A stretch of DNA of 32,000 nt, taken from contig NZ_CP053627.1 in NCBI RefSeq assembly GCF_013177435.1, positions 570,001 to 602,000 of the forward strand. Direction: 5' to 3'. The notes under the pieces were generated by a model that had not been told where the DNA came from, did no database searches, and was given only the letters and a program-made list of their open reading frames with translations. This DNA is from Xylella taiwanensis (GTDB taxonomy: Bacteria; Pseudomonadota; Gammaproteobacteria; Xanthomonadales; Xanthomonadaceae). Position numbers and translations under genes: made by a program. This document shows positions 11,864 through 20,762 of this stretch, piece after piece (positions within the stretch are counted from its first letter, which is position 1; every line of letters starts with the position of its first letter).

Positions 11864-13130
11864 TGTTGTATGAGCCCCGGCTGTTGTGCCACGGTGTGTG
11901 GGTGACAGTGTTGTTGCGTTTCTCAGCCAAGATTGAGTGAGGATGCAGTTCTTGTGTAGGGGGTGTGTTGGTCTGCTGAGGACCTTCATTAATGCTTCTA
12001 GCGGATTCCAAGTGGTGAGTTGCTGTGTCAGTCTGTTGATGTTGCTTTGCTTCCAGAGCAAGGCCGGATTGGCAAGCGGGCGTTGGCTTGCAAGCGGAGG
12101 CTGGCGTGAAGCCGCTACCCAAGGAGCGACTCTTAAATCTTAGACTGTATTGACATTCGTTTTTTGCGCTTTGAGGATGAATAACCATTCTAAGCCATCT
12201 TGCCTCGGCTGATATGTGCTGCGCCGTGTCCAATGGAGAATGCTTTATATTTCCTTGACAGGGCGAGAGCAGCAATCCGCAGGTCAAGTTACCTTGGATG
12301 GCTGTCATTTTGTTGGTACAGCGCTTCTGGTGTTGTGCTCAAAGGGCCTGTTGGAGTGACTTGTCGCCATGCTATATGAATCTGAAAGAGGCTCTGTCAA
12401 CGTTTCATCTACTGTGTGGCTAAGAATGTGTGGAAACGGAGATGCAGAAGGTTGATCTAATGTGATAGCAGCGTAACGCGTACGTGATGATCGACATCAG
12501 CATGATGTTCTTTCCAATTGGAATGACGTGGCAGGTTGTCACTTGCGTCTATGCAGCAGAGCGTTGCTTGGTCAGATTTGAACAGTGGCGACCCATGAGG
12601 ACCGAGAATCATGAGTGCCATTCTGGCTAATGTTCATTCTTCCTGCTGAGTATCAGTGCTGTTGCGTCACCGCTGACGGCTCCACTGACTGTGCTGAGGT
12701 GTCCTGGAGTGTCCGACTCAACCCAAAGACAATGTTGTGCAGGGAGCAACCGGTGTCTTGCGGCCGCGATCCAACACACGGTGATGTTGCGTAGCGGTGT
12801 TTGCGGTGGTGTTCTGCAATATATGCACAATCGGAATCGGAGTTACTGTGGGAACCAGTTGTGTGAGCATCCTTACGTGAGTCAGATCCCCCTAGTTTGC
12901 TGCTGCTGTCATTCAGCAGAGAAGACGCATAGCGGCCAAGTTGATATGCAGCGTTCCATGTGGTGCTCAACTGATTTCAGATGGGATACTGCATTCACTC
13001 CTTGATGGACGATGATGTTTCTTGGTTACGCTATTGCTGTGGCTGAGTTGTTTTACATTGTTTCCTAATGATGCCAATCCTGAAAAATCCTGTGTATACG
13101 ACGCAGGCGTGTGATCTGCCTTGTGCTGGA

Positions 13131-13709
13131 TTACTCGGTCATCATGTGGAATAGTGCCGCGGCAGCTGCCCCCAGTACTGCACCGACTGCGACCTCGCGA
13201 CCGGTATGGCGACCCAGCGCTAGCCTGGACCAACCAACCAGTGCTGTCGCTGTGAGTAGGCCGATAGCTACCATTGGCAGCTTATTGTTTAGTCCAGCGG
13301 CCAGCATACCGAAGCCGACGTGCAGCGATGGTTTGATCCAGTGCCGCACACTGTGTGCGGCCAATACCAAGACGATGCCAACCACTGGACCGGCGATCAC
13401 TGGTTCTGGCATGTCCAGCGCCCATAGGCTGAGTATGGCGATGCCAAGCAGCAGGAGCAGTATTGGCAGGAGTTGGGCGCGTTCGTCTGGATTGGGAGCA
13501 TCAACATGGCTCCAGTGTCCACGCCGAACTTGCCATAGACTGTAGGCCAATCCCAGCACCGCCAGCACCAGCGTAGTGCCGATTGCGATTGCTTTGACGT
13601 GCGCACTGGTTGGTGTATTGCTGAGCCCTGTAGCGATTGCTAGTGGTACCAGCACACCAGGATGGCCGAGTACGGAGATGATGCGGGCCAACATGATGCG
13701 TGTATTCAT
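13131..13709 (-). CDS. PAP2-superfamily integral membrane phosphatase-like protein
   Basis: Polytopic hydrophobic 192-aa protein. It has PAP2-like motifs KPSLHVG (PSxH) and WSRLALGRHTGREV (SRx5Hx3[DE]). Confidence 0.6.
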   Translation of the reverse strand: MNTRIMLARIISVLGHPGVLVPLAIATGLSNTPTSAHVKAIAIGTTLVLAVLGLAYSLWQVRRGHWSHVDAPNPDERAQLLPILLLLLGIAILSLWALDMPEPVIAGPVVGIVLVLAAHSVRHWIKPSLHVGFGMLAAGLNNKLPMVAIGLLTATALVGWSRLALGRHTGREVAVGAVLGAAAAALFHMMTE

Positions 13710-14066
13710 TATTGCTGTTGTTACATCTACCGTGGATCAATCGTCAGCAATGCTTTCAACCGATAGCATCAAAGGAGTGTGATGTTGCCGAATAACCGTT
13801 TCTGATACCCCTGCCCATACCCCCCTTTCTTCACCAATGGACGTGGAATGTTATGCGGAGATAGCATCCATGAAGTTGCTTAGTTTACGCTGCACCAATC
13901 ATGGTCCACACTGAAACGCTACACTCATTTGAAGCCAGAAAACATACCAGAGAAATAGACGATGCGGGGTCACGGAGTCATGACCTTTCCGTGCTTTTTT
14001 CGTACTGCGACGTATGCGGGCTTCTTTTCTGCTCATAGAATCCCTGGATAACGCCGTTGCCTATAG

Positions 14067-14504
14067 TCAGGTTGTCGGGCTGCTTTGGCTTGAAGTGTTC
14101 CATACTTGCCACCACGGCGAACCCCGCATCTGAGTCATCTCAGACAACTTGATCCCACCAAAGTAACCGTAACCATCCTAGATGGCATCTAAAACTTTTT
14201 CTACCTTGCCATCGATCTTTGAGGTGTTGGCTGAATAAAATGGATTGATGGGGAGTAACTCGGTCATGCCACTGCTTCAATACTTTTTAACCTTCTCATA
14301 GAGCGAGCGAATGACTGGGCCATGACGCCATGCTTCTACACGTTTATTGAGCAAAGGTTCCTGTCGAAATCCAAGGTGCCAACCATGAGCGATGTAAACC
14401 AGCTTAAGCACCTGCATAGGCGTGAGTGCGCTCCCCTCCTAGGAGACCCTGCGCAAGAAGTAGTTAGCTATGGTGGCTGTTGAGTATTGAGTCATTCGGC
14501 TCAT
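14067..14504 (-). pseudogene. Panacea / DUF4065 (SocA/GepA-like antitoxin domain) gene, full length but with three in-frame stop codons
   Basis: One minus-strand frame gives MSRMTQYSTATIANYFLRRVS*EGSALTPMQVLKLVYIAHGWHLGFRQEPLLNKRVEAWRHGPVIRSLYEKVKKY*SSGMTELLPINPFYSANTSKIDGKVEKVLDAI*DGYGYFGGIKLSEMTQMRGSPWWQVW...* . The pattern ANYF...LxxxKLxKLxYxAxGW...EAWxxGPVxxxxY..KY and Y..Y....LSexT...gsPW is the DUF4065 signature. Internal stops are at 14441-14439 (TAG), 14279-14277 (TGA) and 14180-14178 (TAG). A GAAAGGA SD precedes the ATG. Confidence 0.6.
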
Positions 14505-14508
14505 CCTT

Positions 14509-14880
14509 TCAGCGGGGTGTAACCGTAATCCTTGCGTGTTTAAGCAACAGCCCACTCGCGATCTTCTGGTGTATCGTGCGCTTATCTAGGCGATAGAGAA
14601 CAGGTGATGAGCGTGCGTGCCACGGGGAAGTGATTCTTAGTGTTCTACCCGTCATGTGATGTGCCGATAGCCAGTGGACGGTTTTTTGGGGTGCGTCAGT
14701 GTTGTCCGGATACATCTTCACATGGGCACTGTCCAGCGACATAGCTTGGAGTTCGATTTGAACGATCTGCGTGTGCTGGTGTGACTTGAAGGTTCGATCC
14801 AGAATGTCCTTGTAGATCGGGTGCCAGTTGCTGAAGCGCTTGAGCAGGTGAGTCTGTTTGCAGTTGTGTAGGGTTAAAAG
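14509..14880 (-). mobile_element. IS5/IS4-superfamily (DDE) transposase remnant, truncated at both ends
   Basis: The minus-strand frame LTLHNCKQTHLLKRFSNWHPIYKDILDR...LQAMSLDSAHVKMY...MTGRTLRITSPWHARSSPVLYRLDKRTIHQKIASGLLL parallels IS5-type blocks (LRSGxxWRDLPERFGxWxxxYxRFxRW ... MIDSTxVRAHQ ... GRSRGGLTTKIHA..G.PxRxxLTxGQxHDxxxAxxLL). The resemblance is at motif level only. The N-terminal about 40 aa and the C-terminal half are missing. Confidence 0.45.
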
Positions 14881-15701
14881 GCGCTAACCCCTTTATTTGT
14901 TTAGTTTTTGATTTTTCTATAGCGTGATGTTGACAGCAATCGAAACGATGAGTTCGACATGGTTATGAGTATCTGCGATATTTCCCGTGGCACAACTTCC
15001 TACAATCCGTTCGACTCGGACATGGTTTCGGAATGAGTCGCGGTTGAATGTTGATATTGCCAATGGTGCAGTGCGAACCTGCTTGTCTGGTATCACTATG
15101 AATCTGCTGTACTTACAGCGGTATGAGGAAGGGATGATGCGACGGACGTTAATCACCTCAGCGTGACGCTCACTTGGTTGATTGCTTAAGGTGACTCTGT
15201 TGGTATCGATGGGTTGGTAATGCCTTCCCTGGTCATCATTGCACTATGGCTGCTTAGTATTGTCGATGCGTTGTTGCTGCAATTGTAGGCTACCGAATCT
15301 TTCTGTTCTTTAGGCTGAAGCCAAGCACTTTGGCGTGAAGGGCGTTTTGCCTAAATGTGCCGATGGAGCCACAGCAGCAATGCATGTGCGAACGGTGTGA
15401 CCAAGGTAAACCATCAATGATGGTGGCAGGTGATCCGGAATGCGCAAGCAAAAATAGTGCGCAATCTAATGGTTCTTTCTGAGTTCTTGGAGATATTGCT
15501 GAAGAATGCAGTGGCTAAATGGTCACTTCGTTTGCGGCACATATGGATTAAGAGTCCCCGGTTTCCTGTGACTGAAATTTTGAACATGCTCTATTGCATT
15601 ACTTCGCTGTTGTTCGCAGTTTCAGTTGGCATATGTGTTGAGTGTCTTGATGACTTGTTGCTGTTGGAAGGTAGGGCGATGTGTGTAGCGATGCAGGTTG
15701 G

Positions 15702-16265
15702 TTATGGCCGCAGTACGTGGCCACTACGTGCGTCACGGATTGATGTCGGTTGAGCCAAGCCGCCGGTCGGACCATCTACGATTCCCGCTAAGTGTGGTAA
15801 CAGTGCGGGATCCAAATCTTCGCGCCGACGTGCTGGTGGCTGGCCGGCCAAGTTGGCGCTGGTGGAAACTAGCGCCATGTTCCAGACACGGCAGAGTGCA
15901 GTGACCAAAGGGTGCGCACTGACCCGAACAGCGAGACCGTTGTGGCGTCCGGTGATCCAATGGGGGGCACGTGTGCTTGCTGGCAGGATCCAGGTGTGTG
16001 GACCAGGCCAACTGGTCTGTACCTCACGCAGGCGTTCTGGTGGTAGTGTGTCCAGATCTAACCAATCCTGCAGTGTATTCAGTTCGGCAGTGACCAGGAT
16101 CAACCCCTTCTCGGATGTACGTTGCTTGATTTGCAGCAGGGCATGCACTGCCGCTTCCTGACGTGGATCGCAGCCCAGTCCCCAGACTGCCTCTGTGGGA
16201 TAGGCGATGACGCCACCTTGCTGTAGTGCGGTGACGGCTGCGGTGAGGGTGAGTGTTATTGCCAT
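15702..16265 (-). CDS. tsaC: L-threonylcarbamoyladenylate synthase, TsaC/YrdC type
   Basis: ..GGVIAYPTEAVWGLGCDP.., ..KGLILV.., ..LVSTSANLAGQPP.. . 187 aa. Confidence 0.8.
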   Translation of the reverse strand: MAITLTLTAAVTALQQGGVIAYPTEAVWGLGCDPRQEAAVHALLQIKQRTSEKGLILVTAELNTLQDWLDLDTLPPERLREVQTSWPGPHTWILPASTRAPHWITGRHNGLAVRVSAHPLVTALCRVWNMALVSTSANLAGQPPARRREDLDPALLPHLAGIVDGPTGGLAQPTSIRDARSGHVLRP

Positions 16266-16399
16266 GGTGTTTTTAGCTGCACTGAGTCGACATGATCTTT
16301 CGTTGGTGCCGGGGTGCCCTGGTGAATGGTGGAAGGGATCGTATGAGCTCAGTTTGCCAGCGTACGCATGGTGTGTTGGGATGTCTTTTATTTTGTAAC

Positions 16400-18835
16400 T
16401 TAGGAGGCAAGGTGTTTTTTCATTTGCTTCGTTACGGTCTTGCCTGACATTTTTTTGATTGCCTTTCCTGTTGCGGTGTGCTTGCCGGTTGCTTGTTTGC
16501 GAGTCTCGTTCTTGGTTGTGGTTTTCTTCGTACTGAAGTTTTTTCGTATCGGTTTACCGGTTTCTGTGAGTAATTGCTGTGCTTCTTCGAGAGTCAGTGA
16601 GGCTGGTTCGCGATCCTTGGGGATTTTTCCGTTGAGTTTGCCATCGCTCAGGTAGGGGCCGAAGCGCCCGTTCAGTACCTGAATCTCGCTGTTGTCGAAG
16701 TCTTTGATGATCCGATTGCGCGCGATTTCTTCCTTCTCGTTGATGAGCATAATTGCGCGTGCCAAGTCGATGGTGTAAGGATCATCCTCATTCTTCAGCG
16801 AGACATAAGTGCTGCCGCGCTTGGCAAACGGACCGAAGCGGCCGATGCCGACACTGACTTGCTGGCTTTTGTCCTCCCCAAGCACACGCGGCATTTTGAA
16901 TAGTTCCATCGCCTCTTCGAGGCTGATGGAGTAGATGCTTTGGTTGGGGCGTAACGAAGCAAACCTCGGCTTTTCTTCGTCATCAACGGTGCCAATTTGC
17001 ACCATCGGTCCGAAGCGGCCAATGCGTGCGCTAACTTCCTTTCCGCTGGCGGGGTCGGTGCCGAGCATGCGTACGCTGCCAGCGTCGGTTTTGTCGAGTG
17101 AATCTTTCTTATCTTCAACCAGTTCCTTGAATGGAGTCCAAAATTTTTTCATCAGCGGGACCCATTCTTCCTCGCCGCGCGAGATCGCATCTAATTCATC
17201 TTCCAGGCGTGCGGTGAAGTCGTAGTCCACGTACCGGGTAAAGTGGCTTGCGAGGAATTTGGACACGGCGCGGCCAATGTCCGTCGGGCGGAAACTGCGG
17301 CCTTCCATGTCTACGTACTTGCGGAATAGCAGCGTTTGGATGATCGAGGCGTAAGTCGATGGACGACCGATGCCGTATTCCTCGAGTGCTTTGACCAACG
17401 CGGCTTCGGTGTAACGTGGTGGTGCCTGTGTAAAGTGCTGTTCGGTCAAGATACGTTCCAGCGGCACAGTTTCCCCGGTTTTCATTGTGGGGAGTTTGCG
17501 GCCTTCGTCATCGTCTTCAGCGTTCTTGTTGTCCTTGCCTTCTTCGTACACGGCTAAGAAACCTTGTACCACTACGGTGGTTCCGGTGGCACGAAATACG
17601 TGTTCGTTGCCAGCGGCCAGGTCGACGCTGATGGTGTTGAGTGTCGCCGGGATCATCTGGGAGGACACTGCGCGTTTCCACACCAGTTCGTATAGCCGGT
17701 GTTCGTCGTTGGAAAGATACGGTGCAACCTGTGTCGGCGTGCGCAATGCTGAGGTCGGGCGTACCGCTTCGTGCGCTTCCTGCGCGTTCTTGGACTTGGT
17801 GGTGTAGACGTTAGGTTTGTCTGGGAGTGTGTTGGTACCGTAATCGCGTGCGATGATGTCGCGAATTTCCGATAGAGCATCCTGCGACAGGTTAACTGAG
17901 TCGGTGCGCATGTAGGTAATCAGACCGACGCTGCCCTCCTCACCCAGTGCGATGCCCTCGTAAAGTTTCTGTGCAATCTGCATCGTTTTACGTGTGGTGA
18001 AACCGAGTTTGCGTGAGGCTTCCTGCTGTAATGTGGATGTGATGAAGGGCGGCGCAGGGCGTCGTTTCCGTTCTTTGCTGGCAACGTCGGTGATGTGCAG
18101 GCGTCCTTGTGCGGCTTGTTGGATCCTTAGTTGTGCGGCTGCGGCAGTGTCGCCGTTGGTAATGGTGAATTGTTCGAACTTTTGCCCATCCAATTTGATG
18201 AGTTTGGCACTGAAGTGTTGGGTAGGATGCGCACATTCGGCATGGATGCTCCAATATTCGCGTGTGATGAAGGCTTCGATTTCCTCTTCGCGCTCGACAA
18301 TCATGCGCAGTGCTGGCGATTGCACACGGCCTGCTGATAAACCGCGTTGTACTTTGCGCCACAGCACTGGTGAGAGATTGAAGCCAACCAGGTAGTCCAA
18401 TGCACGACGTGCTTGCTGGGCGTCTACCAGATCGCTGGCAATCGTACGCGGCTTTTGAATTGCTTCCTTGATCGCGCGTGGGGTGATCTCGGTGAACACG
18501 ATGCGCTGCATCGGTTTGTCCTTCAATAATCCACGTTCTTTAAGGATCTCGGCGATGTGCCAACTGATCGCTTCGCCCTCACGATCCGGGTCGGTTGCCA
18601 GATAGATGCCGTCGGCTGTTTTGGCCGCTTTGGTGATTGCTTCGATGTGCTTTTCGTTCTTGTCTATCAGGTCGTAGCGCATCGCAAAGTCGTTTTCTGG
18701 ATCGACTGCGCCTTCCTTAGGTACCAAGTCGCGTACATGCCCGTAAGAGGCTAAGACGGTGAAATCTTTGCCGAGGTATTTGTTGATCGTCTTGGCCTTG
18801 GCGGGCGATTCGACGATAAGAAGGTGTTTGGGCAT
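16400..18835 (-). CDS. topA: DNA topoisomerase I (type IA)
   Basis: MPKHLLIVESPAKAKTINKYLG (Toprim), ..ATDPDREGEAISWH.., ..TYMRTDS.. (catalytic Tyr region), and a Lys-rich C-terminal tail. 811 aa. Confidence 0.95.
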   Translation of the reverse strand: MPKHLLIVESPAKAKTINKYLGKDFTVLASYGHVRDLVPKEGAVDPENDFAMRYDLIDKNEKHIEAITKAAKTADGIYLATDPDREGEAISWHIAEILKERGLLKDKPMQRIVFTEITPRAIKEAIQKPRTIASDLVDAQQARRALDYLVGFNLSPVLWRKVQRGLSAGRVQSPALRMIVEREEEIEAFITREYWSIHAECAHPTQHFSAKLIKLDGQKFEQFTITNGDTAAAAQLRIQQAAQGRLHITDVASKERKRRPAPPFITSTLQQEASRKLGFTTRKTMQIAQKLYEGIALGEEGSVGLITYMRTDSVNLSQDALSEIRDIIARDYGTNTLPDKPNVYTTKSKNAQEAHEAVRPTSALRTPTQVAPYLSNDEHRLYELVWKRAVSSQMIPATLNTISVDLAAGNEHVFRATGTTVVVQGFLAVYEEGKDNKNAEDDDEGRKLPTMKTGETVPLERILTEQHFTQAPPRYTEAALVKALEEYGIGRPSTYASIIQTLLFRKYVDMEGRSFRPTDIGRAVSKFLASHFTRYVDYDFTARLEDELDAISRGEEEWVPLMKKFWTPFKELVEDKKDSLDKTDAGSVRMLGTDPASGKEVSARIGRFGPMVQIGTVDDEEKPRFASLRPNQSIYSISLEEAMELFKMPRVLGEDKSQQVSVGIGRFGPFAKRGSTYVSLKNEDDPYTIDLARAIMLINEKEEIARNRIIKDFDNSEIQVLNGRFGPYLSDGKLNGKIPKDREPASLTLEEAQQLLTETGKPIRKNFSTKKTTTKNETRKQATGKHTATGKAIKKMSGKTVTKQMKKHLAS

Positions 18836-19681
18836 GGTGCTGAACGTGTTGGAGTGACTGACCTAGGGGCGGGTAGCGTGGCTTAATTAGCCTGTAGAGG
18901 GAAGCAGAACGCGTGTGTTGTAGGCGTAGAGGTGATGGAAAATCTCTCCCATTGGGTGTTTCCCGGGTTATTTCTATAGAGTAATCATGGCGGTGGTTGG
19001 ATTGCTAAGCTGGAATACCGCATTCAGTTTTAAGTGAACATACGAGAAATGCTGGCAAATAGGCCTAGGGAAATCACGGAGTGACGAAAGTATCACACAT
19101 GTCATCGGGGCACTTTACACATCTTGTCCAACTGATCTTGCGGAGAGTGTGCAGTTGACCCGTGAAATCCCATCTTCCACCGCCGGGGTATTGCTTATCA
19201 CATCGTGCAGGGTGGGTTGGTTTTGTATAAAGGCCGTGATCAGTCGCCCGATGATTAAGGGAATGTGGCTGAGTAGGAAGGGGAAGTAGCAGTTTACTGT
19301 CTGTGCCAGAGCGATGTACTTGCGGTTGCTCTGCACGATCTTGATGCAGACTGCCAGCTTTCCTAAGGTGCTTGGGGTGGAGGATGCATGGAGCATCCTG
19401 TAGTCGTAGAAGGTGATGACCATGTCCAGTAGCCCTAGGTAGCCACGCGTCGATAGAATCTGGCGTAGGCTGCTTTGTTGTCATGGATCAAGGTCAGCCT
19501 AGCGTCAAGTGGTGCTGAATTGACTGGAACGGCATACGGCGAAATTGTTTAGTGTCATCATGCCAGGGGACACTAGTGGTACTGACGTGGCGTGTTTATG
19601 TCGATCGTGCCGTGTGTTCACTAGGATCATTGCGTCATTCGGTTGCGGATTTTGTGTGGTGTGGTGGTGATGCCTTCAGGA

Positions 19682-19711
19682 CATGTGCCGACAAGTATTT
19701 GTCGGTACATG
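19682..19711. repeat. 30-nt near-perfect palindrome / hairpin (13-bp stem with one G-T, GTAT loop)
   Basis: catgtgccgacaa-gtat-ttgtcggtacatg. I paired it position by position: 19682-19694 pairs with 19711-19699. No U-tract follows on either strand. Confidence 0.7.
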
Positions 19712-20243
19712 CCAAACAGCAGGGTTTTAGAGACCAGTGGATGCTTGGTTTAATCATCTCTGGGATGCACAGGCTGTATTTGCCGACTGACCTTGGAATA
19801 GGTGATGTCCCCATCGGGATCATTTCTCTTTTACTTCCTTGCTGCAGTGGTTCTTGACCATTGCTTTGGCAGTTGTCGTCCATGGAGTGGGATGCGGCCG
19901 TTTGGGCGATTGCTTAGTGCTTCAGGTGCAGGAGTTGAACCTGCTCGTTGTGGCGATGACGTCACTCGATAAGCTCAAGCTTCTCATTGCCCTAGTGATT
20001 ATGGTGAGTGCTGTGCTCATGCAGGTTTAAGTTGCGTGTTGATTGGTGCAGAGGCGCGTTCAAACAGAATTTCCTAATTTCCTATTTGGACCAAGCATTA
20101 CATCAGGCTGTGAAATGGAGGGGTACTGCTCGGCGCTGTATAGGATGATGATCTGTGCATCATGTTGTTGGACATTGTTGCTGGTGTCGTACTAACTTTT
20201 AATGGAATGCATACAGCAGGTAGGCCTGTATATGTTGAGCGCT

Positions 20244-20717
20244 TCAATGCAGCGGTTCTGGTTCGTTGCCGAACATCTGAGTCTCCATCCATGCGTACGC
20301 AGCTTCCGCCCCAGGTTGGTTGAATAGCACCATGAGTACTACCCACTTTAGGTCGTCTAGGTCCAGTTCCTCTTGGTCCAGCGCCATTGCTCGGTCAAGG
20401 ACCAGTTCACGCTGATCGGTATCAAGTATGCCTTGTTGCTCCAGAAACAGGAGAAAGCCGCGGCTCTCCATGTCCAATTTGTCTAGTTCGGGACCGTGAA
20501 AGACACGCACAGGACCATCTACCCGTGGATGCGCTAAAGTCGGGCGATTGGCAGCTAACGCATCAAGCCATTCGAATGCTTTGCTGATTTCGGATGGGCT
20601 GAAACCCACTTGAATCAAACCATTCTGGAGCGAGTCACGGTCACGGATCAAGTCCGCGTTCTCGCTGAAGTAATATTCGAACAGGTAAAGCAAGACAGCC
20701 AGAATGCTTTCTTTCAT
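20244..20717 (-). CDS. smg: Smg protein (DUF494)
   Basis: [21 protein letters not shown]... is the typical Smg N-terminus. 157 aa. It lies between dprA and topA, as in many gamma-proteobacteria. Confidence 0.85.
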   Translation of the reverse strand: MKESILAVLLYLFEYYFSENADLIRDRDSLQNGLIQVGFSPSEISKAFEWLDALAANRPTLAHPRVDGPVRVFHGPELDKLDMESRGFLLFLEQQGILDTDQRELVLDRAMALDQEELDLDDLKWVVLMVLFNQPGAEAAYAWMETQMFGNEPEPLH

Positions 20718-20762
20718 TGCCTCTTGGGTCTACGTCGGTATGACGCTGTGGAGGTGAGGAGA

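Noticed and set aside
11775-12308. A 177-aa minus-strand ORF
   Set aside because: It overlaps the 3' end of pncB, is low-complexity (Gln/His/Thr/Pro-rich), and lies on the A+C-rich strand where stop codons are rare by composition.
12574-12583. An agatttgaac motif resembling the complement of a tRNA T-loop (GTTCAAATCT)
   Set aside because: The flanking bases do not form a T-stem, acceptor stem or anticodon arm on either strand.
12653-12970. A 105-aa minus-strand ORF, considered as a possible double-glycine bacteriocin precursor (..SSKLGG|SD..)
   Set aside because: It has only a TTG start, no SD, and no conserved leader pattern (no ELxxIxGG). Its composition fits the skew artefact.
14067-14270. 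I first read ..LLPINPFYSANTS.. and ..YFGGIKLSEMT.. as a glutathione S-transferase C-terminal remnant
   Set aside because: The same frame continues upstream into the unmistakable DUF4065 N-terminal block (ANYF...LKLVYIAHGW...EAWRHGPV). The whole unit is therefore one Panacea-type gene, not a GST.
14917-15156. A 79-aa minus-strand ORF and the overlapping 59-codon plus-strand frame in the island next to the IS remnant
   Set aside because: Neither has a recognisable motif, a credible start or an SD. They are mutually antisense, so at most one could be real. I leave them uncalled.
17988-18395. Several 60-130-aa ORFs on both strands inside topA. Similar ORFs occur inside PLD, rsmB, fmt, dprA and the helicase.
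   Set aside because: They are alternative-frame or antisense ORFs within strongly supported genes and carry no independent signals.
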